A program made the position numbers and the translations under genes. A stretch of DNA of 64,000 nt from Prevotella sp. CAG:891 (GTDB lineage: Bacteria; Bacteroidota; Bacteroidia; Bacteroidales; Bacteroidaceae), in assembly GCA_000437675.1 (NCBI GenBank), contig FR901744.1, positions 3,977 to 67,976 on the forward strand. The letters are read 5' to 3'. The first letter of the stretch is position 1; every line of letters begins with the position of its first letter. The notes below the pieces were generated by a model. It worked only from the letters and a program-made list of their open reading frames with translations. It was not told where the DNA came from and searched no databases. This document shows positions 44,647-55,079 of the stretch, piece after piece.

Positions 44647-45921
44647 TTATTTAATCATGTCACAGCCCATGTAAGGTTGCAAAGCCTTAGGAATGCGTAT
44701 GCCTTCGGGAGTTTGGAAATCCTCGAGCAGGGCAGCGACAATACGCGGCAATGCAAGGGCTGAACCATTCAGCGTGTGGCAAAGTTGAATCTTCTTGTCT
44801 GCACCACGATAGCGGCATTGCAGACGGTTTGCCTGGTAAGTGTCGAAGTTCGAAACCGAACTTACTTCGAGCCAACGCTTCTGTGCCTCGCTATAAACTT
44901 CAAAGTCATAGCAGATGGCAGCCGTAAAACTCATATCACCGCCACACAAGCGCAAAATTCGGTAAGGCAATTCCAGTTTTTGGAGTAAACCTTCAACGTG
45001 CGCAAGCATTTCCTGATGTGATTCTTCCGAATGTTCAGGTTTGTCGATGCGGACGATTTCAATTTTGGAGAATTCATGAAGACGATTTAATCCGCGAACG
45101 TCTTTACCATAGCTACCAGCTTCACGACGGAAACATTGTGTATAGGCACAATTTTTTATTGGTAATTGGTCTTCAGACAGGATAACGTCGCGATAAATGT
45201 TCGTCACAGGCACCTCAGCTGTTGGAATAAGATAAAGGTCGTCCATTTCGCAATGATACATTTGACCTTCTTTGTCAGGCAACTGTCCCGTACCGTATCC
45301 CGAAGCTTGGTTTACTACGGTAGGAGGCATAATTTCAACGTAACCAGCCTTTCGTGCTTCATCCAGGAAGAAATTGATCAATGCACGTTGCAAGCGTGCA
45401 CCCTGTCCTATGTAGACGGGAAAACCTGCACCTGTGATTTTAACACCTAAGTCGAAATCAATGAGGTTATATTTTTTAGCAAGTTCCCAATGGGGTAAAG
45501 CGTTCTCGGGTAAAACAGTATCGTGTCCGCCAGTCTTAACAACTAAGTTGTCCTCAGCGCATGAACCTTCGGGTACGATATCGTATGGAATATTAGGAAT
45601 GGTGCAAAGCAAAGCTGTCTTTTCATCTTCAGCCTGCTTCATGGCTTCTTCCAAATCCTTTGTTTTAGTTTTAATTTCAGCAACTTGTTGTTTTGCACTT
45701 TCTGCAGCCTCTTTGTTGCCCTCTTTCATAAGTGAACCGATGCTTTTTGAAAGCGAATTGATTTGCGCCTTCAAAGCATCTAATTCAGTTTGAGCTTCTT
45801 TGCGTTTATTGTCAATGGCCAGCACGTTGTCAATAGCTTCGCGTGCTCCTTTGAAATGTTTCTTTTCGAGGCCTTTGATGACGGCTTCTTTATCGTCTAA
45901 GATTTGTTTAATCGTAAGCAT
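44647..45921 (-). CDS. serS: Serine--tRNA ligase
   Basis: 424 aa, N-terminal coiled coil and class II core (FRREAGS...GSALA). Confidence 0.93.
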   Translation of the reverse strand: MLTIKQILDDKEAVIKGLEKKHFKGAREAIDNVLAIDNKRKEAQTELDALKAQINSLSKSIGSLMKEGNKEAAESAKQQVAEIKTKTKDLEEAMKQAEDEKTALLCTIPNIPYDIVPEGSCAEDNLVVKTGGHDTVLPENALPHWELAKKYNLIDFDLGVKITGAGFPVYIGQGARLQRALINFFLDEARKAGYVEIMPPTVVNQASGYGTGQLPDKEGQMYHCEMDDLYLIPTAEVPVTNIYRDVILSEDQLPIKNCAYTQCFRREAGSYGKDVRGLNRLHEFSKIEIVRIDKPEHSEESHQEMLAHVEGLLQKLELPYRILRLCGGDMSFTAAICYDFEVYSEAQKRWLEVSSVSNFDTYQANRLQCRYRGADKKIQLCHTLNGSALALPRIVAALLEDFQTPEGIRIPKALQPYMGCDMIK

Positions 45922-46121
45922 AGCTTCTTGTGATTTTTGTTCTTTGACTGCAAAGTTAGTAAAAGTTTTCTGAAATTGATATTCAAAAAAACGACTTTAC
46001 GTCTTCGGTTCAAATTCCACCTAGGCTAGTTGTACTATTCGACAGCAATTTTCCTGTTGTAAAAAATCAGTAATAGAGCCTTGTGGTTTTGATACGAAGA
46101 CGTAAGAAAGTGATATTGGCC

Positions 46122-46964
46122 TTACATTTTGACGTGGTTGAGTGAAAAATTACCCATGATTTTTGAGCGGTCAACATTACCTCTGATTCCGGGAATTGAA
46201 CCACTTGCTGTGTATTGCCACATGATGTAATTCTTACCATCGTTTAGGGTTGGTGAATCCGTGCGGTATCGGGCTATCATGAAATGATAGTCGGTAAACT
46301 CTCCTGTCAAGTATTTATTGTAGAAATTATGATACGTGTAGAGTAGCGGTTTTTTACCGTAGTATTCAGTAACCTTTTCGATGAAAGCACGCAAATCACT
46401 AATAAATGCCTGCATGCTGACATTTCCGCGATGTTCAATATCAATAATAGGAACCAAATCTTGTTCTTCCTTTTTTACAACCGAAGTCATGTTCTTGAAT
46501 TGTTGTTTCCAATCAATGTTCGGTCGGTAAAAATGGTAGCTGCCAACACTTAATCCCACTCTTCTTGCTTCTGATAAATTGCGGGCATAGGTTTTGTCTA
46601 CCAATGAAGCACCTTCCGTAGCTTTCAAGTATGCATAGGAAATAGGGGTGTTATTTACAACCTCATCCCAGTCAATACTTCCTTGATAATGTGAAACATC
46701 AATGCCTTCTTTATATTTGTTGTTGATTCGGCTATGTGACGTTTCGATAAATACAGCGGCTGCGTGTTCCACTCTTTGTTCACGAGGTGCTTGTACAGCA
46801 AGCATATCAGGTTCGACTGCGATGTATGCAGCCATGCCTTTCCCGTGGTTCCTATCCTTTTTTCTTGCGAAACTCGTGGTGGGAACCAACATGAGCAGTG
46901 ACAGTGCTACTGCACAGCAACACTGCTTATTTATAGTCTTAATGAAATTCTTTGTTATCTCCAT
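46122..46964 (-). CDS. Glycoside hydrolase family 25 lysozyme/muramidase (secreted)
   Basis: Signal peptide, then the GIDVSHYQGSIDW GH25 motif. Confidence 0.8.
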   Translation of the reverse strand: MEITKNFIKTINKQCCCAVALSLLMLVPTTSFARKKDRNHGKGMAAYIAVEPDMLAVQAPREQRVEHAAAVFIETSHSRINNKYKEGIDVSHYQGSIDWDEVVNNTPISYAYLKATEGASLVDKTYARNLSEARRVGLSVGSYHFYRPNIDWKQQFKNMTSVVKKEEQDLVPIIDIEHRGNVSMQAFISDLRAFIEKVTEYYGKKPLLYTYHNFYNKYLTGEFTDYHFMIARYRTDSPTLNDGKNYIMWQYTASGSIPGIRGNVDRSKIMGNFSLNHVKM

Positions 46965-47054
46965 GCCGCAAAGGTATGAATTTTATTTTAAATCATTCAG
47001 TTCATGCTTTATTAAAAGTCGCTAAATCGGTGTGTAGGGTCGAGTAATGAAAGG

Positions 47055-48749
47055 CTATGGTTTCGTACTGCTTTGCACTAATACGCCGGAATTCATGCGC
47101 TGTAGATGAATTATTTGATTTGCATACTTAAGCACTTCTCCCCTATGTGTAATAAAAATAAGGGTCCTGTCTTTGTAGTTTTGGGCTATACGTTCTAAGA
47201 CAATCTTTTCTGTCTCATTGTCAAGGGATGAGGTAGCTTCGTCAAAAATGAAAATCATTTTGTTCGACACCAAAGCTCTTGCAATAGCTATGCGCTGTGC
47301 CTGTCCTTCAGAAAGTCCGTCACCGGTTTCTCCACAGATCGTTTCAAGTCCCGTCTCTTTTTGTAGCACAAAGTCGGCACCTGCTGTGTGTAATGCTTTG
47401 CGAATATCTTCATCGCTTGCATTGGGGTTACCCAATAAGATGTTGTATTTAATTGAACCGGATATCAGTGAATTGCCTTGAGGTACATAAGCAAAGTTAT
47501 TTCGCAGACTGGAATTGACAGTGTACATTTTTCCGTCCTTACATTCTAGGTTGATATTGCCCGTGGTAGGTTCTACGATGGCAAGTAATAATCTAATCAA
47601 TGTTGTTTTTCCAGTACCAGTTTCACCGGTTATAACCGTTACGCCATTGGCGGGAATTTTGAAATTGCTTTGTTCAAAGATGAATCTGCTTGTCGGAGTA
47701 TAGCGAAAACTGATATTCTCAAAACAGATAGAAGTTGCTTTGCTTAAAATTACGCGATTCTTTGCAGTCTGTTCTTGTTCAATGGTGTCAAGTTCAATCA
47801 ATCTTTCAGTAGCAGTAAAAGCATTGATAAATATGGGCACAAAGCGCGACATATTCCGTACGGGGTTCTGTATCTGGCTCACCAATTGTACAAAGGCCAG
47901 CATGGCTCCGTATGAAATAAGATTGTTTGAGAGTTGTGTAGCTCCCCAGGCAAAAGTTACAAAATATCCTGTGGCAAATCCGATGCTTAGTAAAGTTGTT
48001 GATACTGTCGAATACTTTGTACGGTGAATCACCTTTTCATGCAGTGCCGTTTGCTGTGCATGCAGATTATCGGTCAATGTGTGAAAGCAATCAAGCGTTT
48101 TAACAAGGATGTTATGTTGTAAGGTTTCCTGAATGAGCGATTGGATGTTGCTTTCTTGTCCTCGAATGGCATGTGTCAGCCGTTTCATCCTTTTTACATA
48201 GATTTTACTTGAAAGAATGAAGAATGGAATGATGCATACAATGATAACGGCCAGCATGCTGTCCATATAGAACAAAAAGAAAAAGGCACCCAGAAACTGG
48301 ACAATGGTTGTGACGAGTGAGGGTATGCTTTCTGTTATAAAGTTTACAACATCAGTCACATCTTTTTCAATTCTATTCGTCAGGTTTCCGGTGTGAAAAT
48401 TTCGTACAGCATTCCATTTACTGTTTAGCAATCTGGCAAACAGGTGAATACGCATATTATTCTGGGCTTTTACACCAAGAACAGCACGAATCCAACGGCT
48501 GCAAATACTAAGGAGTATGCGCAGCAACATGATAGAAGCCATGAGTATGAATGCTTGTTGCAAGGTTGCTACGTGGGAGTTGTGTGTAGCAATATCGACA
48601 GCTAATTTCGTCACCCAAACAAAGCCCAAATCAATGAAAACGAATAGAACTCCAATGATGATGTTAAGAGTGATCTGTAAACGATGACCTTTGAGTTGCT
48701 TAAACAAAAATTGAATTGTGTGATGAAATGAACTGTCGATAGGCTTCAT
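47055..48749 (-). CDS. ABC transporter permease/ATP-binding fusion (MsbA-like exporter)
   Basis: Six-TM N-terminal domain, then Walker A GETGTGKTT, signature LSEGQAQRIAIARAL and Walker B IFIFDEATS. Confidence 0.88.
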   Translation of the reverse strand: MKPIDSSFHHTIQFLFKQLKGHRLQITLNIIIGVLFVFIDLGFVWVTKLAVDIATHNSHVATLQQAFILMASIMLLRILLSICSRWIRAVLGVKAQNNMRIHLFARLLNSKWNAVRNFHTGNLTNRIEKDVTDVVNFITESIPSLVTTIVQFLGAFFFLFYMDSMLAVIIVCIIPFFILSSKIYVKRMKRLTHAIRGQESNIQSLIQETLQHNILVKTLDCFHTLTDNLHAQQTALHEKVIHRTKYSTVSTTLLSIGFATGYFVTFAWGATQLSNNLISYGAMLAFVQLVSQIQNPVRNMSRFVPIFINAFTATERLIELDTIEQEQTAKNRVILSKATSICFENISFRYTPTSRFIFEQSNFKIPANGVTVITGETGTGKTTLIRLLLAIVEPTTGNINLECKDGKMYTVNSSLRNNFAYVPQGNSLISGSIKYNILLGNPNASDEDIRKALHTAGADFVLQKETGLETICGETGDGLSEGQAQRIAIARALVSNKMIFIFDEATSSLDNETEKIVLERIAQNYKDRTLIFITHRGEVLKYANQIIHLQRMNSGVLVQSSTKP

Positions 48750-48796
48750 GAAATGCAGACTGTGGTTGAGTTATGCAGAAACTCAGATGAGGATTG

Positions 48797-49255
48797 TTAA
48801 TGTTTTTTACGGAAAATCAAGCTGTCGCGCGATGAACACAATGTCAGGTGCGAAGAGTTCAGTTTTACAACACGGTAATCGCAGGCATTGCCTCGTATGC
48901 CGACACTTTCCAAACAAGTAGTGTTCGGATCAGTAATCAGCAAATCTTCTGTACGATGATGGATAAAAGTGTGCGTAATGGACAGTTTATCTCCTTTGTA
49001 AATCATTTTGCATGTTGTGGTTCCAGTTTGACCATTGTGATTGGTTCCAGGTGTGGAAATTAAAATCATGCTTAAGCTTACATTCCAAATGGTAGGGTTT
49101 GCTCTGTCAGCCTTTATGTATTCTGTGGAGTTGACATCCTTTTTTGAATACATTTCCTGCATGATCCACTGACCATCAAGGTTGCCATTCTGAGGAGTTT
49201 TGCCACAAGAGGCTAACAGTAAAATAGATAGTGTAATTAAGAATAGATTTTTCAT
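48797..49255 (-). CDS. Hypothetical lipoprotein, lipocalin-like size
   Basis: Lipobox LLLASCGK. No family recognised. Confidence 0.5.
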   Translation of the reverse strand: MKNLFLITLSILLLASCGKTPQNGNLDGQWIMQEMYSKKDVNSTEYIKADRANPTIWNVSLSMILISTPGTNHNGQTGTTTCKMIYKGDKLSITHTFIHHRTEDLLITDPNTTCLESVGIRGNACDYRVVKLNSSHLTLCSSRDSLIFRKKH

Positions 49256-49386
49256 TGTTGTTGTGTTGTAATGGTTGTAAAAACATAAGCAGGACTATAA
49301 AAAAAAGTCCAGCTAAACTTGAGGTTTCTAAGCCTGCATCCCTCAAGAATGTAGTTGTTATTCCTTATAGGCCTGCTTATGTTGTG

Positions 49387-51312
49387 TTATTTTTGATTTC
49401 TGCGTTTATTCTTTGGTTTGAATGTTTTGTAGTTGTTGTTCGCAAATGAAGTTCGCGGATATAGTTTGTCAATCAAATCCGTGCGGTTTATTCGGCGTAA
49501 TTCGGTGATGATTTTTGCCTTTTCCTCGGGTTTGTACCAAAAGAAGAACATGCGCTGCTTTAATTTCTCTGCAGGTGATTTGGCAGAGAATACAGGTTCA
49601 AGCGTGTAAGGATGATAACCCGAGTACCACGTGTCTGTTGACACAGTCATAGGGGTCGGTGTAAAATCCTGTACTTGCTCTAACTGAAAATCCATTTCGC
49701 GAGTTTCGGCTGCCAAACATGCCATATCTTCTTCCGTACATCCAGGGTGTGAAGATATGAAGTAGGGTATTATCTGCTGTTTAAGTCCAGCCTCAGCATT
49801 GATTTGAGTGAAAATTTTCTTGAATGTATGGAATAGTTTGAAAGATGGTTTTCGCATCAGCCGGAGTACATCGTCGGATGTATGTTCCGGGGCAACTTTA
49901 AGTCGTCCGGAAACGTGCTTGACAATGAGTTCGCGCGTATAATCTTTTGCTGCTTTCCGAAGTTTTTCGTCTTTATAGGGATGGAGCAATAAATCATAGC
50001 GGACACCACTTCCGATGAAGCTTTTTTTAATGCCAGGAATGCTGTCTACTGCATTGTAGATGTCAATCAGAGGTTGATGGTCTGCATTCAGGTTAGGACA
50101 AACAGAAGGGTGGATACATGAAGGGCGTTTGCATTTCTCGCAAAGTGTTTTGTCTTTTCCATTCATGCCATACATGTTGGCAGAAGGTCCACCCAAATCT
50201 GAAAGGTACCCTTTAAAATCGGGCATTTTGGTAATTTGCTGAACCTCGTGCAAAATGCTTTTCTTGGAGCGGCTCATGATGAACTTACCTTGATGTGCCG
50301 AAATTGTGCAGAACGCACATCCACCGAAGCAACCACGGTGCATGTTCACCGAGAATTTAATCATTTCGTATGCCGGAATGCGTTTTCCCTTGTATTTGGG
50401 GTGGGGTAAGCGCGTATAGGGCAAGTCGAACGATTGGTCAATCTGTTCGGTTGTCATCGGTGGATAAGGTGGATTCACTATGACCACATTGTCGCCTGTT
50501 TCCTGTAAGATTCTTTGAGGATGTAGTTTGTTGCTTTCTTCTTCAATGTGTTTGAAGTTTTCGGCAAAATGCCGCCGGTTTGTTAAGCAATCTTCGTGTG
50601 AGTGAAGTTGAATATCGTCAGGTTTGACTTGATTGTTGAACAATTTCTTTGATTGTAGCGAAACTGTTTGGCGAATAGGGTATTTATCGAGCAATTCATT
50701 GAATTGCGAAGCCGAGCAAAAAGCCTCCTCCCGGTTATGCAGTAATTTGTCATTGAGCGTTTTGCACAAATCGGTAAGAGGAAGTTCTCCCATACCGTAA
50801 ATGATGAGGTCGGCACCGCTTTCAGTCAGAATGCAAGGACGAAGGCAGTCTTTCCAATAGTCGTAATGCGTTACTCTACGCAACGAAGCCTCAATACCTC
50901 CAAGTACTACTGGTACATCGGGATAAAGCTCTTTAAGGATGTGTGTATATACAATGGTAGGATATTCCGGACGCATGTCATGTCTGCCATCCGGACTGTA
51001 AGCATCTTCCGATCGCAAACGTCGGTTGGCGGTGTATTTGTTGACCATGGAATCCATACAGCCAGGTGCAATGGCAAAAAAGAGTCGAGGACGCCCCAAC
51101 TTCTTAAAGTCTCTGAAGTCGCCATGCCAGTCAGGCTGAGGAACGATGCATACACGATATCCTTGATGTTCCAATAAGCGACCTATAACGGCTGCTCCAA
51201 ACGAAGGGTGATCAATGTAGGCATCGCCCGAAAATATAATGATGTCAGCTACGTCCCAACCACGTAAGTCCATTTCCTTGCGTGTAGTTGGAAGCCAGTC
51301 TGTAAGTTGCAT
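49387..51312 (-). CDS. YgiQ-family radical SAM protein (UPF0313)
   Basis: 641 aa with the radical-SAM cluster motif CFGGCAFC and the conserved YgiQ N-terminal domain. Confidence 0.8.
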   Translation of the reverse strand: MQLTDWLPTTRKEMDLRGWDVADIIIFSGDAYIDHPSFGAAVIGRLLEHQGYRVCIVPQPDWHGDFRDFKKLGRPRLFFAIAPGCMDSMVNKYTANRRLRSEDAYSPDGRHDMRPEYPTIVYTHILKELYPDVPVVLGGIEASLRRVTHYDYWKDCLRPCILTESGADLIIYGMGELPLTDLCKTLNDKLLHNREEAFCSASQFNELLDKYPIRQTVSLQSKKLFNNQVKPDDIQLHSHEDCLTNRRHFAENFKHIEEESNKLHPQRILQETGDNVVIVNPPYPPMTTEQIDQSFDLPYTRLPHPKYKGKRIPAYEMIKFSVNMHRGCFGGCAFCTISAHQGKFIMSRSKKSILHEVQQITKMPDFKGYLSDLGGPSANMYGMNGKDKTLCEKCKRPSCIHPSVCPNLNADHQPLIDIYNAVDSIPGIKKSFIGSGVRYDLLLHPYKDEKLRKAAKDYTRELIVKHVSGRLKVAPEHTSDDVLRLMRKPSFKLFHTFKKIFTQINAEAGLKQQIIPYFISSHPGCTEEDMACLAAETREMDFQLEQVQDFTPTPMTVSTDTWYSGYHPYTLEPVFSAKSPAEKLKQRMFFFWYKPEEKAKIITELRRINRTDLIDKLYPRTSFANNNYKTFKPKNKRRNQK

Positions 51313-51432
51313 TCAGTTGAGTTTGAAAGTGTGGTGAGTGTTATTTGATGTTTAAGCGGGTGTGCTCATTTAGGAAGGTAAAACCTTTTACATGCTTAAA
51401 AAGCAGACTTGATTGTTGAACAGCACGCACCT

Positions 51433-51765
51433 CTATAAAGAGTCGCTTTCGTTTTCAACTTTATGCTCTTGTACAAGGCTCAGCCACTTATTATATACAC
51501 TAATGAGGTTCTTTAAGCCAAATGCTTTCATCTTGTCGTGGTAAATGACATCGATGCACAAATCAAGTAAGTCTTTTGTATTTTCAGAACTTGAGGCAAT
51601 GAGTGCACGGATGTTCAGTTTTAATTTGTCTAAGTCGCTTTCGGTAATATACCCGGTAGAGTTTATCAAACCATTGAATAAATCATATTTTTTGATGGTC
51701 AGAAGGTTCTCTTCCGTAATGTGCATATAGCGTGATCCTTTTTCATTGAGTGCAATGTCGAACAT
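51433..51765 (-). CDS. Hypothetical protein
   Basis: 110-aa ORF with no recognisable motifs. The start is uncertain. Confidence 0.35.
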   Translation of the reverse strand: MFDIALNEKGSRYMHITEENLLTIKKYDLFNGLINSTGYITESDLDKLKLNIRALIASSSENTKDLLDLCIDVIYHDKMKAFGLKNLISVYNKWLSLVQEHKVENESDSL

Positions 51766-51818
51766 ATATTTTTCGTATTGAAGGGTTAGAATTATTTACT
51801 TATTTGCGTAACAGCGAA

Positions 51819-52298
51819 CTATAATTGAGAGTGAGCAGCTGCGTATGCTTTTTGCCAATCAGTATTCAAGCAAAAAGGAGTTAGTTCACCTCCTTTAATA
51901 ATATACGACATGGTGTTGTCTTCGTCTGCGTCCTCGAAAAGAGGATTTGAAACAGAAGCATCCATAAACATCAATATTTTCTCTTTTCGTTTTTCTTCAT
52001 TCAGACGTTTACTCTTTAATATTTCATTGAAGAATAAAGTGATAAATTCAGACAGGTAATATGCTTGTGTGTCAAGTACCCGCACATATTCCTCACCTTG
52101 ATACATCTCAGATGCTTTATTTCTGAGGTAGATCAAAGCTGTACATTTGAATTTTGCTATTTGCGCTTGTGTGTAACCACTCGTAGGCGAATTGATTACG
52201 CGTGTTGCGTTGTCGAGTACTGTGTTATAGACAACTTGCGCTTTGGCCAAGCAAATATTGAGTGCGAAAAATGAAAACAGAGTATAGATGTACTTCAT
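51819..52298 (-). CDS. Hypothetical secreted protein
   Basis: Signal peptide MKYIYTLFSFFALNICLAKAQ. No family recognised. Confidence 0.45.
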   Translation of the reverse strand: MKYIYTLFSFFALNICLAKAQVVYNTVLDNATRVINSPTSGYTQAQIAKFKCTALIYLRNKASEMYQGEEYVRVLDTQAYYLSEFITLFFNEILKSKRLNEEKRKEKILMFMDASVSNPLFEDADEDNTMSYIIKGGELTPFCLNTDWQKAYAAAHSQL

Positions 52299-52353
52299 AT
52301 AAACGAAGTTGGGTTAGTAATTATCAGAGATTCACAAAAGGGAATTTGGCTGT

Positions 52354-52926
52354 TTATCTCTGCTGTCTAACTCGGTCAGCATTCTGATTTATGAATGTCT
52401 TCCATGAATGTGCAACTGTATTGTTGCAATCAGGCTTTCCGCTTTGCAGGTAATGGCAATAGGCTACGCCTAAGGCATCGGTTGCATCTAAATAAGGAAG
52501 CATACTTTCTTGTGGAATATGCAGGATGCGTTGCATCATTGCTGCAACTTGCTCTTTGCTGGCTTGTCCATTTCCTGTAATAGCTTGCTTGATTTTTAGG
52601 GGTGCGTATTCATGAATGGGAATATCGCGACATATTGCAGCCGCTATTACCACACCTTGGGCACGTCCAAGCTTGAGCATACTTTGTACGTTTTTTCCAA
52701 AGAAAGGAGCTTCGATTGCCAGTTCGTCTGGTTTGAAAGCATCGATTATTCCCATAACTCTTTCGTAAATGCGTCCGAGTTTTAAGTACGTATCTTTACA
52801 TTGGCGTAAATCAATTACACCCATCGCTTCCATAGTAACTTTGCGTCCGTGCAATTTGATAACGCCATAACCTAGTACATTGGTTCCGGGGTCAATGCCA
52901 AGTATTATTTTATCAAGGGGTGTCAT
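52354..52926 (-). CDS. ruvC: Crossover junction endodeoxyribonuclease RuvC
   Basis: ILGIDPGTNVLGYGVI N-terminus and RNase H-fold catalytic acidic residues. Confidence 0.9.
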   Translation of the reverse strand: MTPLDKIILGIDPGTNVLGYGVIKLHGRKVTMEAMGVIDLRQCKDTYLKLGRIYERVMGIIDAFKPDELAIEAPFFGKNVQSMLKLGRAQGVVIAAAICRDIPIHEYAPLKIKQAITGNGQASKEQVAAMMQRILHIPQESMLPYLDATDALGVAYCHYLQSGKPDCNNTVAHSWKTFINQNADRVRQQR

Positions 52927-53212
52927 GCTGCAAAGTTAATGGAATTAGCATGCTGAACCAAAGATTTTTGATTTTTTATTTTGCTTATATTCTCGTTCAT
53001 ACAGGTGTTGCCATCAAATTTCCTTTGAAAAACATACCATGTCTTGAAAGAAACGATAAATTCTATCAACAAGTAGGCATTCAAATCTATTTTCTATAAT
53101 ACTATCGAAGTGTTATTGTTTTGCATCGTGTTCTTGCACTGCATCTGTTTGTTTCGCTTAATCAGGGGATGTACTTCAGTATAGCTTTTCGAACAAGTTC
53201 TCATTGCTCTGC

Positions 53213-53600
53213 ATCTTCGTCATAAATGTTAAACAGTAATCTGTCTTGTAAGTGAAATATTTTTAAATGTGATAGCTCGTATTATCCATCTGCATGTCGT
53301 TGTTTGAGTCATGGATAGGGCTGTTCTATCAAAGAACTCCGAGTTTGTTGAAATTAGTTCCGCGATTGCCCGAATTAGTTCCGAGCTTGTTGAAATTAGT
53401 TCCGAGCTAGTTCAGATTAGTTCCGAGCTAGTTTTGACAATCTTGGAACTGCTGATAATCAGCATTATTAAAATTACGCGAAAATCGGTTCTGTGCATGC
53501 TGAATTTGTTCAGAAACGAGGAACTTGGCGAATGTCGAATTTTCACTCTTATTAAGTTAGTTGTTAAATCCGCCATGAGTGTAGTAAGCAGCCAATGCTT
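53213..53600 (+). repeat. Tandem-repeat element copy 4, the most complete copy. It has four 21-bp units at 53347-53430, a degenerate fifth unit containing GGAACT, the GCTGATAATCAGC hairpin at 53450-53464 and the conserved 3' block ...TTTTCACTCTTATTAAGTTAGTTGTTAAATCCGCCATGAGT.
   Basis: Direct similarity to copies 1-3. The 5' block CATAAATGTTAAACAGTAATCTGTCTTGTAAGTGAAAT is shared with copy 3. Confidence 0.75.
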
Positions 53601-53780
53601 GCCAGTACAAAGTGTGTTAAGGTTATGCTTCGTGGAGAGGGTTGGCGTTTGCGTTAAAAAAATCATGATTCGCATTTATAAAAGACTATTATCCATGCTG
53701 TTCGTAACTGTGTGTAAGAAAATAGCCCGAAGCTGATGGGTGAGGCTTCGGGCTGAAGGTTTGTTTACGAGTAAGAAGTG

Positions 53781-54980
53781 TTAGTTGACTGCATATCTGT
53801 TTTTCAGTATGTCAACTCCTGAAATTGTTTGGAATGGAATCAAGTCGAATTCTTTCATAATGGCAATGAAGTATTCCAAGTAGTCGGAAGCAAAGTCCTC
53901 AAACTTTCCAAAAGAGGTCTCTGAGGTGTAAAACCATATTTCTAGCGGAAGACCATTGGGCGTAGGCTCTAATTGACGTGCCAATATCCACTGTTTGTCT
54001 GAAATGTGTGAATCGGTTTTGAGTGTATTGGTGATGTGATGCCTGAACAGTGTCAGGTTGGTTATACGCTGTTTGCTCTCGTCATTTTTGCTGATTAACT
54101 TTTTCTGCTTTAAAGCATTGCGTAGATTTTCATCAACAAAACGTATGGAGTGTACATCTATAAATATTGCACGTTTAACACGACGGAATCCATGTTGAAA
54201 CATTGCGTCCCAGTTCTTAAAAGTGTCACTTACCAGAGTTTGGGGTGGTACGGTAGAAATGGTATTGTCAAAGTTGCGCACTTTGATGGTTGTCAGGCTT
54301 ACTTCCTCGACCGTTCCATCAATGTTTAATTTGTGAATGGTAATCCAATCGCCCACTTTCAGCATGTTGTTCATTGATAACTGTATGCCTGCCACTAATC
54401 CAAGCAGAAAATCCTTAAAAATGAGCATAAGGACTGTTGCTGCTGCACCAAGTCCGGCAATGATGCGTAAGGGGTTGCTTCCAATGATGTATGAAATGAT
54501 AATGAGGGCACCTAAGCAAACAGTAATAATGCGTAGGAATTGGATGATTCCTATTGTGTTGTGTTCGTTGTATCGCTCAGTCAAAATAATCTTGAGATTC
54601 TTTAAGAATGCTATCACCAACTGCATACAGCTAAAGGCTATGTAGGCTTGGGTGAATCGGGACAGCCAACGAAAAAGTGGTTCTGCTTCGTTAAAAACGC
54701 AATAGGGTAAAACTTGATAGGCAAGCAAGCTTGGCAATAATAGAAATAGGGCGCGTAATACGGGAATGTTGATGAGGTAATCATCCCATCTTGTGTTGGT
54801 GGATTCAACCATGCGCATGATGAACGGGATGAGGCAGCGCTGCAGTAGGTATGTGGCTAATAAAGCAAGGGTGATGATGCATAGCAGGCAAGATATTTCT
54901 GCGATATCAATGGCCCAGCCTTCGCTTAATCCCATTTCAAGAAACTTGTGTAGAAACCAGTTGCGAAAATCTATAATCAT
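53781..54980 (-). CDS. Mechanosensitive ion channel (MscS family) protein
   Basis: Multiple TM helices plus the MscS beta domain (VGDWITIHKLNIDGTVEEVSLTTIKVRNFDNTISTVP). Confidence 0.85.
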   Translation of the reverse strand: MIIDFRNWFLHKFLEMGLSEGWAIDIAEISCLLCIITLALLATYLLQRCLIPFIMRMVESTNTRWDDYLINIPVLRALFLLLPSLLAYQVLPYCVFNEAEPLFRWLSRFTQAYIAFSCMQLVIAFLKNLKIILTERYNEHNTIGIIQFLRIITVCLGALIIISYIIGSNPLRIIAGLGAAATVLMLIFKDFLLGLVAGIQLSMNNMLKVGDWITIHKLNIDGTVEEVSLTTIKVRNFDNTISTVPPQTLVSDTFKNWDAMFQHGFRRVKRAIFIDVHSIRFVDENLRNALKQKKLISKNDESKQRITNLTLFRHHITNTLKTDSHISDKQWILARQLEPTPNGLPLEIWFYTSETSFGKFEDFASDYLEYFIAIMKEFDLIPFQTISGVDILKNRYAVN

Positions 54981-55079
54981 AGGTAGGGTGAATTACTGCA
55001 AGTAATAGGGCAATATTTATGTTCTTGCCTTTGTCTTTTTTTTATAGCAAATATAATAGGGCGTTAGGTGATTTTTGAA

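Noticed and set aside
53347-53451. CRISPR array as an explanation for the 21-bp repeats
   Set aside because: The units abut directly with no unique spacers, the unit length is 21 bp, there are no cas genes, and the same array recurs at four loci with flanking conserved blocks.
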